Below, in pieces: positions 9,463 to 18,221 of a stretch of DNA of 64,000 nt. The stretch's first letter is position 1. Each line of letters starts with the position of its first letter. The notes beneath the pieces were generated by a model, which saw only the letters and a list, made by a program, of their open reading frames with translations, was not told the origin of the DNA and did no database searches. Both the position numbers and the translations under genes were made by a program. Source of the stretch: an uncultured Bacteroidaceae bacterium (GTDB taxonomy: Bacteria > Bacteroidota > Bacteroidia > Bacteroidales > GCA-2748055); contig CAZGKF010000003.1 in assembly GCA_964526475.1 (NCBI GenBank), forward strand, positions 5,997 to 69,996, given 5' to 3'.

Positions 9463-10337
9463 CTTGAATTTATTTTGAAATATAGATGGGCCTTTTTCTG
9501 GAAAAAATTACTGTATGTACCTATTATATTCTCATGATTCCCAATAAGAAGGCAGCCATTTTGCTGCATATTCCTGTAAAACAAATTAAAAACTTTGTTC
9601 TGCAGTTCATAATTGAAATATATAATTACATTCCTGCAAACTATTATATCAAATTTCACATCAAAGGGATTATCATCATTCACCAGATCAATTCTTCTGA
9701 AAAAGGGCTTTTCAGTAAGAAATGGCTTTATTTGCATAGTATCACGCACAGGGTCCACCAGAAAATATTTATCGAATGATATTTTCTTTACATTATTTCC
9801 ATTCTTTGAAGTATCATTAAAAACCTTATTGAAATTTTCAAGATAATTAAGATTAAACCGGTATTTATAAATCCCCTTTGAGGCTGTATCCAATGCATCC
9901 TGGTTAATATCCGTGGCATAAATCTCTGTTTTTTCAAGCAGATTCAATTCGCTCAGAAGTATCATCATTGAATAAACCTCCTGCCCGGTTGAGCAGCCTG
10001 CATGCCACAAGCGCAAAAGATTTTTTTCCGAATATCGTGGAACCAGTTCTTCCTTCAAATTGATCCAAACCTCCGGATCTCTGAATAGTTCTGTAGTACA
10101 AACCGTTATACAATTGACAATTTTCTCTGCAAAAGTCCCGTCTTTTCTTATTCCGTCTATAAGATTATCAAGCGTAATATTTCTGTCGGTCATTATCTTT
10201 GTCAGCCTCCTTTTAAGCGAGCTGACTGAATAGTTTGAAAAATCACAGGACAAACTTTCTTTTATCGCAGAAACAAAAATCTCCACATCCTTTTCATCAC
10301 TTTTTTGCATAACTATATAAATTCCACACTTTAACAA
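9459..10337 (-). CDS. cheR: CheR protein-glutamate O-methyltransferase
   Basis: DFSNY..SSLKRR, TELFRDP, WHAGCSTGQEVYS, ATDIN, FDIIVCRNVIIYF, IG.HE; ATGA overlap with the downstream gene. Confidence 0.93.
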   Translation of the reverse strand: MLKCGIYIVMQKSDEKDVEIFVSAIKESLSCDFSNYSVSSLKRRLTKIMTDRNITLDNLIDGIRKDGTFAEKIVNCITVCTTELFRDPEVWINLKEELVPRYSEKNLLRLWHAGCSTGQEVYSMMILLSELNLLEKTEIYATDINQDALDTASKGIYKYRFNLNYLENFNKVFNDTSKNGNNVKKISFDKYFLVDPVRDTMQIKPFLTEKPFFRRIDLVNDDNPFDVKFDIIVCRNVIIYFNYELQNKVFNLFYRNMQQNGCLLIGNHENIIGTYSNFFQKKAHLYFKINSR

Positions 10338-10503
10338 GTAAAACTAACAAAAAAAACCTGATAAATTTAAATAAGTTTTCAGCATGAAAATCTTTATAAG
10401 AAATTTATTTCATCGTAGCTAAAGATCTATCATGAATAATTACATATCATCACAAAATTCTTATATTTATCTGTTCATTTCATCATCATTAAATAATCTG
10501 TTT

Positions 10504-11121
10504 ATGGAATTAAAAAAAGCAATTGAACTTCGTACAAGTGTCAGAAGTTTTCTCCCCGATGAGATTCCTGTTGAGGATGTCAGGGAAATGGTTCGTCTGG
10601 CGGGTCTGGCTCCAAGTGTAAATAATTTCCAGCCGTGGAGTTTTATTCTGATAAAGAACAAGCAGAAACTGAAAATTATGTCGCAGATAGTTTCAACAAA
10701 ATTGAGTGATTATCCTAAAAAGGAATCAAAAGTTTCTGCAAATGTAAAAAGTCAGGTAGAATGGTATTCCACATTTTTTAAGGACGCTCCGGCAGTTCTG
10801 GCAGTTGTTCTTAATAAGTATGAGTCGGTGTGGGAAAAAGGTATTGATCTTTCACACGACGATATTAACCAGCTGCGTATTTATCCCGACATTCAGAGTG
10901 CAGGAGCATGTATCCAGAATATTCTCCTTGCCGCTGTTGATATGGGATATGGTGCCTGCTGGCTAAGCGGACCGATGATCGCAAGTCCCCAGTTGGAAAA
11001 TATGCTTGATGTAAAAAAACCTTCCAAACTACTGAGTTTTATTGCTATTGGAAAACCTTCCAAAAGTTTTTTGCCCAAGGAAAAGGAAGATATGGGGCAA
11101 AAACTGATTATTGTTGATTAA
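10504..11121 (+). CDS. Nitroreductase family protein
   Basis: RTSVRSF, APS..N.QPW.F, IQNILLAA..MGYGACW; likely start MELKK at 10504. Confidence 0.9.
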   Translation: MELKKAIELRTSVRSFLPDEIPVEDVREMVRLAGLAPSVNNFQPWSFILIKNKQKLKIMSQIVSTKLSDYPKKESKVSANVKSQVEWYSTFFKDAPAVLAVVLNKYESVWEKGIDLSHDDINQLRIYPDIQSAGACIQNILLAAVDMGYGACWLSGPMIASPQLENMLDVKKPSKLLSFIAIGKPSKSFLPKEKEDMGQKLIIVD

Positions 11122-11274
11122 CAGAGGTTTAAAATGCATTAATCATTTTATATTTGGAGTTCCCTTAAAGGATTACCTATTTCATAAAAATTCTATCTGA
11201 CACAATGCGTCTTCTTATCCAAAATATATATTTTTGAAATAACTATTATCATTATAAAATTTAAATGAAATATT

Positions 11275-11976
11275 ATGACTAAATTTCTTCAAATCTTTGC
11301 TTTTGGTATCACTCTGTTATTATTGACACCATTTCTTCATGCACAGGATTGCCGCCTGTATTTCCCCGACCGTATAGGTTCTCTGAGAGAAATGAAATTC
11401 TATGATCAGAAAGACAAGCTTACTTCCATTACAAAACAAGAGATTATTGATAAAAAAGTAAGTGAAAATACTGTTACGGTTAAAGTGAAAGCAACCAATT
11501 ATACTGCAGAGGATGATGAAATTAACAGTGTTGAACTTGAATTTACCTGTGAGGATGGCATTTTCAAATTTGACATGGAAAGCTTTCTGGATCCCCAGAC
11601 CATGGAAGCCTACAAAGATATGGCCGTTGAAGTAACATCCGATAATATTCTTTTTCCTTCCAACCTGAAAGTGGGTGATGCACTGCCTGATGGTTCCCTT
11701 AAGATGGTGGTTAAAAGCGGTGAAATGACAATAATAACCATAAGCCTTTCCATCTTCGACAGGAAAGTTGTTGCACAGGAAAACGTCACAACTGAAGCCG
11801 GAACTTTCCCATGCTATAAACTAACATATAACCTCACTTCAAAATTCGGTTTTATCACCGTAAAGAGTTCCTCTGTTGAATGGATAGCTGAAGGAGTTGG
11901 GGTAGTGAAGAATGAACAGTATAACAGAAAAGGTAAGCTCACAGGATATTCTTTACTGACAAAGTTTGTTAAGTAG
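11275..11976 (+). CDS. Secreted hypothetical protein (DUF3108-like fold possible)
   Basis: Signal peptide ending HA|QD; C-terminal E.VTTEAGTF.CYK...EWIAEGVGVVK motif. Confidence 0.7.
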   Translation: MTKFLQIFAFGITLLLLTPFLHAQDCRLYFPDRIGSLREMKFYDQKDKLTSITKQEIIDKKVSENTVTVKVKATNYTAEDDEINSVELEFTCEDGIFKFDMESFLDPQTMEAYKDMAVEVTSDNILFPSNLKVGDALPDGSLKMVVKSGEMTIITISLSIFDRKVVAQENVTTEAGTFPCYKLTYNLTSKFGFITVKSSSVEWIAEGVGVVKNEQYNRKGKLTGYSLLTKFVK

Positions 11977-12075
11977 CGGAGAGAATATCCTTCCAGAATA
12001 TCATAAAAAACGCCCGGGAGATTAAGTAATCTTTGGGTTAATTTGAAAAACAAACAAAACTTTTCGTTTTCAATA

Positions 12076-12175
12076 ATGAGGAAAATAATAGTTTCAATCT
12101 CTTTATGTTTTTTATGTTATTTCTCAAATGCACAAATAGATAAAATTTTAGATTCGCTATATTATCCTGGGACGT
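12076..12175 (+). pseudogene. 5' fragment of a secreted-protein gene, truncated near the tRNA-Gln 3' end
   Basis: MRKIIVSISLCFLCYFSNA|QIDKILDSLYYPGT is a typical Bacteroidota signal peptide; the frame then runs into the palindrome and the antisense tRNA. Confidence 0.45.
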
Positions 12176-12206
12176 GGCAATTCGGGTTACAACTTCCCCA
12201 CTTGAA

Positions 12207-12242
12207 AAAACTCCTTGAAACGCATGCGTTTCAAGGAGTTTT
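12207..12242. terminator. Perfect 36-bp palindrome just downstream of tRNA-Gln (probable bidirectional terminator)
   Basis: AAAACTCCTTGAAACGCA|TGCGTTTCAAGGAGTTTT: 18-bp arms with no spacer, and a T-tract at the 3' end on either strand. Confidence 0.7.
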
Positions 12243-12254
12243 GTACTTTTTCCG

Positions 12255-12327
12255 TTGTCCCGCCAGGGCTCGAACCTGGACTCTTCTGAACCAAAATCAG
12301 ACGTGTTACCAGTTACACTACGGGACA
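12255..12327 (-). tRNA. tRNA-Gln(TTG)
   Basis: Reverse complement TGTCCCG TAGTGTAACTGGTAACAC G TCTGA TTTTGGT TCAGA AGAGT CCAGG TTCGAGC CCTGG CGGGACA A folds as a cloverleaf; TATCTTTG promoter box ~15 bp upstream. Confidence 0.96.
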
Positions 12328-12407
12328 ATTATTCAGGGCTGCAAAGATAAAGATTTTTTCTAATAATGAATAAACCACACTTTACATAATAAATGAAATT
12401 TGTTTAT

Positions 12408-13961
12408 TTATTCAATGATCTCCAGCCCTTTCTCTCCCATTACCCAGGTATTTCCGGCCATGCGCCAGCTGGAGTAACCCGCTGTGTTGTACAAGCCATC
12501 CAGATGGTCTTTCATGGATTTATCGAGAACAATGGTGTCGCCTTCAGGTACAAACACGGTAACTTCCACTTCCTGAAACCTCCACTTGTCTCCTGATGGT
12601 ATCGAAAACAAGGACGAAAGTACAAGATTATTATTCCTCAAAGAATAATTGTACAATATCGATTCAGCATTTTCCAAAGCTGCCCTCTCGTCATATCCCT
12701 TCGACTTTTTTTCAATTTCTATCTCAAAATTTTCGGAGGGTGACTTTTTGACATCCACCTTCATCCTGCCATAAATAATACCTTCTTTTTGAAAGTAATA
12801 TTGGTTCTTATTCAGGGTAAAGGACTCTTTACGTTTTACCATTTCCTCGCGGCCAGTGTCTGCTTCCAGCACCAGGGTATTTGAATTGAAATCAGCCAGG
12901 ACTGTTGTATTGCTCAGAGTTTCATTCTCTGAAAACTCCCGGGCTTCGAATATCACCATACTGATAGCAGTAACCAGTGCCAGAATCCATAATGCAAATG
13001 CGCTAAGGCCTAATGCTTTATTATTGGTTTTAAACTTGAAGATAGCCTTGAAAAGAGCATAAACGACCGACAAAACCGGTATCGCAATCAACAGGGTAAA
13101 ACTGATGGCCAACAGGCTCAGGTTCCCCGGACTAATAAAGGGACTTATGTAATCGAACTTCATGGATTGATATACCTCTAAGGGAAGAAAATGAACACCG
13201 AAAAACAGAAGTGCAATGAAACCAATTATTATCCCTATCCCCGTCACTGCAAAGATAATTCCTATAAATACAAGAAAAATCTTGAGCAATGCCAGTATGA
13301 TGCTGCCTATTACCCTGAAAAACTCCTCGAAAAAATTCTCTGTTCGTTTAAAGGTATCAGAATCCTTTGCTTTCCTGAGGTTTTGTTTTACATTTTCGTA
13401 CTCATCCCTTACTGTTTTTTCAATATTTGAAACGTTTACCTTTTCACCCCTCATCTCGAGTTTTTCAGTTGCAGTTTTTGCTTTTGGAACCGCAATCCAT
13501 AATATAAGATAGAGAAGTACAGGGAAACCCGCACCAATAAGAACCAATACAACAAAAAGAATCCTTATGATGAGAGTATCAATATTAAAATATGCACCAA
13601 GTCCGGAACTCACGCCGCCAAGTACAGAATTATCAGGATCACGGTATAGCCGTCTGTATGAGCGGCTTCGTGAAGTTTGTTCATCCGGTTCTTCTTCTTC
13701 ACTGGCAATCTCTTCCGGCTTTCCCATGATCTGAATGATCTCCTCAACATTTGATATACTGATAACCTGGTTGCCGTCTTTAATCCTTTCTGAGAACAGC
13801 TCAGCAATTCTTGTTTCAATATCAGAGATAATTTCCTTGCTTTCCTGCGCATTTAAAAAATGGCTGCTGATGGTATCAAGATAGATCTTTAACTTCTCAT
13901 AAGCGTCTTCATCAATGTGGAAGATCTGCCCGCTTAAATTGATTTTTAAAGCTTTTTTCAT
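12408..13961 (-). CDS. PspC domain-containing membrane protein
   Basis: N-terminal MKKALKINLSG..FHIDEDAY; PspC motif RRLYRDPDNSVLGGVSSGLGAYF; LEMRGEKVN; several TM helices. Confidence 0.9.
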   Translation of the reverse strand: MKKALKINLSGQIFHIDEDAYEKLKIYLDTISSHFLNAQESKEIISDIETRIAELFSERIKDGNQVISISNVEEIIQIMGKPEEIASEEEEPDEQTSRSRSYRRLYRDPDNSVLGGVSSGLGAYFNIDTLIIRILFVVLVLIGAGFPVLLYLILWIAVPKAKTATEKLEMRGEKVNVSNIEKTVRDEYENVKQNLRKAKDSDTFKRTENFFEEFFRVIGSIILALLKIFLVFIGIIFAVTGIGIIIGFIALLFFGVHFLPLEVYQSMKFDYISPFISPGNLSLLAISFTLLIAIPVLSVVYALFKAIFKFKTNNKALGLSAFALWILALVTAISMVIFEAREFSENETLSNTTVLADFNSNTLVLEADTGREEMVKRKESFTLNKNQYYFQKEGIIYGRMKVDVKKSPSENFEIEIEKKSKGYDERAALENAESILYNYSLRNNNLVLSSLFSIPSGDKWRFQEVEVTVFVPEGDTIVLDKSMKDHLDGLYNTAGYSSWRMAGNTWVMGEKGLEIIE

Positions 13962-13972
13962 TTTATTTAATT

Positions 13973-14305
13973 TTAATTATTTACTTTTTTTATCGATTCA
14001 ATGGTATCATTCAGTTCCCTCCAGGATTTATCAAGTTCTTTCAGATATGCCCTGCCAATTTCCGTAATGGTATAATATTTCCTTGGCGGACCCTGGGAAG
14101 ATTCTTCCCAACGGTAAGTCAGTAAGCCTGCATTTTTCTGCCGGGTAAGAAGAGGATAAAGTGTGCCTTCCACAACAATCAGCTGAACTTCCTTAAGTTG
14201 ATTGATAATATCCGGAGCATATGAATCTTTCCTATCAAGAATAAGAAGTATACAATACTCCAGGATACCCTTTCTCATTTGCGCTTTTGCGTTTTCAACA
14301 TTCAT
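13973..14305 (-). CDS. PadR family transcriptional regulator
   Basis: QMRKGILEYCIL, EGTLYPLLTR, W.ES..GPPRKYY.IT..G. Confidence 0.93.
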   Translation of the reverse strand: MNVENAKAQMRKGILEYCILLILDRKDSYAPDIINQLKEVQLIVVEGTLYPLLTRQKNAGLLTYRWEESSQGPPRKYYTITEIGRAYLKELDKSWRELNDTIESIKKVNN

Positions 14306-14324
14306 AGGGATGTAAATTTATAAA

Positions 14325-14570
14325 TTATCTTCTTTTAAATTGTTTAGGATCTTTCATCCATTCTTCAAACTGAAGTTCATTCTCATCGAATGTTAAAGGC
14401 TGTGCAGATGAAACACTCTCCTCAGGTTTTTCATCTGACAGGATAGAATTCGCTGAAGGTTCCGTATTAGCTTCTGCAGCAACGGAGCGGCTTTCATTTC
14501 CTGCTTTTAAAGGTGTAATATTCACCATAAAAACTACATTCAGAATTAAAACAAATAGAATACTTTTCAT
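14325..14570 (-). CDS. Small secreted acidic protein
   Basis: Signal-peptide-like N-terminus; C-terminal ELQFEEWMKDP; first gene after a TATCTTTG box (14607-14614), upstream of padR-pspC. Confidence 0.6.
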   Translation of the reverse strand: MKSILFVLILNVVFMVNITPLKAGNESRSVAAEANTEPSANSILSDEKPEESVSSAQPLTFDENELQFEEWMKDPKQFKRR

Positions 14571-14827
14571 TTTTTACTACTATATTAGTTAGACATCAAT
14601 TTTATACAAAGATATATATTTTATTTAGTACTATGCATTACCCAGATGTATTTTTTTTAATATTTTTTTTATTTTTTTTGTTATAAATCATTTAATCAAA
14701 TAGTTATAAAATGAAAATTTTTTATTTTTTTTTGTAAAAACAAGGTATTCTTTATGATAATTTTAATATTATTGGCGATTAAAACTATTTTTTATGGTTT
14801 CTTTTCTTAAATTAAGTTTTGTCCGGC

Positions 14828-15631
14828 ATGAAACACACAATTAATCTTATTAAAATGGAATCCACGTATTCCATTCCTGTAACCTACCACTTACACTCAG
14901 GAGAAGTAAGGATTAATATAAATAACTTTCTCGGAGAAAAAATCAGCATAAATTATCTTCATCAGATCAATTGTATCAGATGTGGACGTCTGACAAAAAC
15001 ATCCTTTGCACAGGGGTATTGTTATCCCTGCTTTATAAATGCTCCAGAGACTGAAGAATGTGTGCTAAGACCGGAACTTTGTCTTGCTCATGAAGGAATT
15101 GCCAGGGATATGGAATTCGCATCAAGTCATTGTCTGATTGATCATTTTGTTTATCTCTCAGTAACAGGCAGTATAAAAGTAGGTGTTACCAGGCATACGC
15201 AGATACCTGTCAGATGGATTGATCAGGGGGCAAAAAAAAGCATAATACTTGCCCGTACACCTAACCGCTATATTGCTGGTTCTATTGAAGTTGCCCTGAA
15301 AAATATATTCCCGGATAAAACTAACTGGCGTGACATGCTCATTAATAAGCAGAAAGAGGTTTTTAACCTGCTGGAAGAAAAAAAGAGGGCTATCGATTTC
15401 CTGCACCCTGACTTTCGTAAATATGCGAGCACGGATAATGAAATTACAGAATTTTCTTATCCTGTAGAAAAATATCCTGAAAAAGTGAAGAGTATCAATC
15501 TTGACACCACCCCTGAAATTACTGATGTTTTAACCGGTATTAAAGGACAATATCTGATATTTCAATCGGGAAAAGTTTTCAATGTAAGAAAACACGGAGG
15601 GTATCTTGTCTCTATAGACCTGCCGGATTAG
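14828..15631 (+). CDS. DUF2797 domain protein (Cys-rich, putative Zn-binding)
   Basis: CIRCGR..KTSFAQGYCYPCF, ECVLRPELCLAH.G, KVGVTR..Q.P.RWIDQGA, L.GIKGQYL. Confidence 0.85.
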   Translation: MKHTINLIKMESTYSIPVTYHLHSGEVRININNFLGEKISINYLHQINCIRCGRLTKTSFAQGYCYPCFINAPETEECVLRPELCLAHEGIARDMEFASSHCLIDHFVYLSVTGSIKVGVTRHTQIPVRWIDQGAKKSIILARTPNRYIAGSIEVALKNIFPDKTNWRDMLINKQKEVFNLLEEKKRAIDFLHPDFRKYASTDNEITEFSYPVEKYPEKVKSINLDTTPEITDVLTGIKGQYLIFQSGKVFNVRKHGGYLVSIDLPD

Positions 15632-15643
15632 TTTATAAATAGG

Positions 15644-17034
15644 TTAAAATCTGAGGGTATATTTAATTTTAAATCTCATATCATATGTTTCAGGTTGAAA
15701 TCTTTCCAGAGGATTTACGGTATTTGAATTCCACACCAGAAAGATTTCCCTGCCCGGACTTACTATCCATCGAAACCGTGATTGCCATCCAATTGATTCT
15801 GTAAGGTTATCATACTGAAGATAGCTATAGAGAGTCAATTCCGGACTAAAAAGAATATTCAGATTTGCACGGTAAATATTTGCTATAAATGATCCGGAAT
15901 CCAAAGAAATATATTTTCTATCTGCTTCCAATCCTGCGTATAGAGGCACAATGATCTTGTATCCTGTTTTAACAATAATATCTGTTCTCCTGCCACCGTA
16001 AAATGTTCCTGAGCCCATGCTTAATTCAGTCCAGAACTTACGACGTTCAGCAGATCTCAGCTCTATCAGATGCATAAAGAATTCGTATTCTCCCGTAGAT
16101 ATTGTATGTCCGGGGAAAATTAAAAAGTCCTCTGAAAGTGATTCAAACTGGTATTTTGAAGATATCTTGATCTTATCGCTGCTAAGAAAAATAAATTCAG
16201 CAAGATTCATTCCTATCTCTGCTGTTTCAAGATTCCCATTCATCAGATCAGAGATCAGAGAATAGCTCCATTCCGATTTTATCTGCAACAAACCAAGTTT
16301 TCGAGGTCGGGGGCCAAATCCAAATAAGCCGTAATAATGACTTATATTATTTCTGGGCAGGTACCCAAGTCCGGGTTTAAAATTTTCACCAACCATAATA
16401 TATCCCAGTCTAAAATAAAAAAGATCATTAGGATAATTTATCTCTGTCCCGAAAGAGTTACTTCGGCCATTTAATTCAGATGAAAAGGTTCTCATTCCAT
16501 ACAGATTAAAAACCAAATTTTTATTTCCCCGGTATCCGGAAGTTGCAAGCCGAAGGTCAAATCCAATTAAAGAATTCGGATCTGAGGAAATTGCATTGCC
16601 ATTTGTACCAATAAAACCAAAAGAGGGCTGCCTCTTGGACCTATCTGAAACCAATATGCATTTCTCTTATCGAGATATGTGTCGAGAATTACCTGTATCC
16701 TGTCGTCATTACTCAGATCGACATCTCTTGCCATTTCCTTCGCTGTTATAAGGGAAGGATCGCTAAAACATCGTACACCGATATACAGGTTATTATTGTC
16801 ATAACAAAAATAAAACTCCGTTTTCTCTGTAACAGGTTCCCCTGTATAAGGCTCTCGCTGAATAAATTCGTTTACCGCTTGAAGTTCCGACCATATTTCA
16901 TCATCAAGAATTCCGTTTATAACCGGTTGTTTTTCAATAAATACCGCCTGAACAACCGATTGCCCATTAACAACTATCATATTGAAAACTAAAAAACTGA
17001 AAACTGAAAGCAAAAAATCACCTTTCATACACAC
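15644..17034 (-). pseudogene. Internally deleted, frameshifted CBM9-like/DUF5916 outer-membrane protein
   Basis: ORF 16567-17034 is the N-terminus (PVINGILDDEIW, FIQREP..G.P..EKTE, DD...VILDTY.DKRNAY.FQIGPRGS). It is fused out of frame at ~16625 to the C-terminal barrel (SFGFIGTNG...QSRFRW...PGREIFLVWN...KIKYTLRF). Confidence 0.72.
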
Positions 17035-17225
17035 TGATTATCAAAGAAGGCTGCGAATATAAGAACAATAATATTGCTTTAAAGGTTCTTTTTCATTTTT
17101 TAAAAAGTTGAGAATCTGCGAAACTTTATTCAGGTAATAAAATACTTTTTTTTCTAACTTCTTAAAATATTTTTAATTTTGTTTCTTTATCAATTGATTT
17201 TAATATAAAAGGGGGAGTATTAATT

Positions 17226-17624
17226 ATGGCAAAAATAAGCGAGAACGACAACAATGCAATAAACCTTATTGGAGTTGGAACTATTATTGAGGGAAATGTA
17301 ACTTCCAATGGTGATATCAGGATTGATGGCAATCTAAAAGGAAACCTTACAACAAAAGGCAAAGTTATTATTGGAGATAGTGGCAAGCTCAGTGGAGAGG
17401 TACACTGCAAAAATCTTGATGTAGAGGGACTCGTTGAAGGTAAAGCTTTTGTAAACGAACTGATGTCGCTCCGTTCCCGATCTAAAATTCTGGGAGATAT
17501 TTCCACAAATAAACTGGCTATTGAACCGGGTGCAATATTTACCGGCCGATGCGATATGTCAGGCATCAATAATCAAAATGAACCAAAATCAGCAGAACCA
17601 AAATCAGCAGAACCAAAAGAGTAA
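17226..17624 (+). CDS. Bactofilin (polymer-forming cytoskeletal protein)
   Basis: IG.GT.IEGN..SNGDIRIDG..KG...GKVIIG..G...G.V, LAIEPGA.F.G.CDM beta-helix pattern. Confidence 0.92.
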   Translation: MAKISENDNNAINLIGVGTIIEGNVTSNGDIRIDGNLKGNLTTKGKVIIGDSGKLSGEVHCKNLDVEGLVEGKAFVNELMSLRSRSKILGDISTNKLAIEPGAIFTGRCDMSGINNQNEPKSAEPKSAEPKE

Positions 17625-17835
17625 CGGCAACGGAATTGACAAGTTTGCCAGATACTCCGGTTTAGCCTTCCAGATGTTATTTATCATCCTTATTTTTGTG
17701 TGGGCCGGACATAAACTGGATCAAAAATTCATGGATGAAAAAAAGGTTTTTATCATTGTATTTTCCCTTCTTGGAGTTTTTCTGGGACTATATGTTGCTC
17801 TGAAAGATTTTATTAAATTTACAGGAAAAAAATGA
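17578..17835 (+). CDS. AtpZ/AtpI family protein
   Basis: ARYSGLAFQM...WAGHKLD...FSLLGV..GLY..LKD; likely ATG at 17578, overlapping the bactofilin end. Confidence 0.85.
   Translation: MNQNQQNQNQQNQKSNGNGIDKFARYSGLAFQMLFIILIFVWAGHKLDQKFMDEKKVFIIVFSLLGVFLGLYVALKDFIKFTGKK
17580..17618 (+). repeat. 15-bp tandem repeat (GAACCAAAATCAGCA x2 + partial) in the gene overlap
   Basis: Reads EPKSA-EPKSA-EPK in the bactofilin frame and NQNQQ-NQNQQ-NQK in the AtpZ frame. Confidence 0.9.
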
Positions 17836-18221
17836 ATATCTGGAAAGGCATCCTGCATCTTATTATTATTTACTCTCTTCTTTTTACCGGTTTTTTTCTT
17901 GCATCCGGGATTTTCAATACCGGCCTTGTTTTTAAAGATGTATTAATTCTACTGACATCTGGTTTGCTTTTTACCATTATATCGCTGGTTTTTTTTCATC
18001 AGGCAGGGAAAAAAGACAATAAAAATATGACTATCCTCACTATGGCAGCCTTTGGAATTAAAATGGCTCTTTATTTGATCCTGCTATTGGTTTTCTATTT
18101 TTCATCAAAAATTGAGGGTACAAAATTCATCATAACTTTTTTTATAATATATTTATCTTTTACTGTTTACTTTATCAGGTTTATTATCAAAACATTAACC
18201 CAAACCAAGACAGAAGTATAA
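17832..18221 (+). CDS. 4-TM membrane protein (AtpI-like position)
   Basis: Four hydrophobic helices; ATGA overlap with the upstream gene; abuts atpB. Confidence 0.7.
   Translation: MNIWKGILHLIIIYSLLFTGFFLASGIFNTGLVFKDVLILLTSGLLFTIISLVFFHQAGKKDNKNMTILTMAAFGIKMALYLILLLVFYFSSKIEGTKFIITFFIIYLSFTVYFIRFIIKTLTQTKTEV

Noticed and set aside
5392-10337. Classical chemotaxis operon
   Set aside because: No MCP signalling domain, CheA, CheW or CheY in the window, and CheB lacks a receiver domain.
12207-12242. Palindrome as a CRISPR repeat or IS end
   Set aside because: Single copy, with no spacers, cas genes or transposase.
12038-12363. ORFs 12038-12328 (-) and full-length 12043-12363 (+)
   Set aside because: Both overlap tRNA-Gln and the palindrome; the shared LLETHAFQGV peptide only reflects the palindrome.
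14626-14652. Possible PadR operator (AGTACTATGCATTACCCAGATG)
   Set aside because: Symmetry is too weak to support without comparative data.
16567-16654. Programmed ribosomal frameshift joining the two ORFs
   Set aside because: No clear slippery heptamer at the junction, and the joined product would still lack the family's central region.
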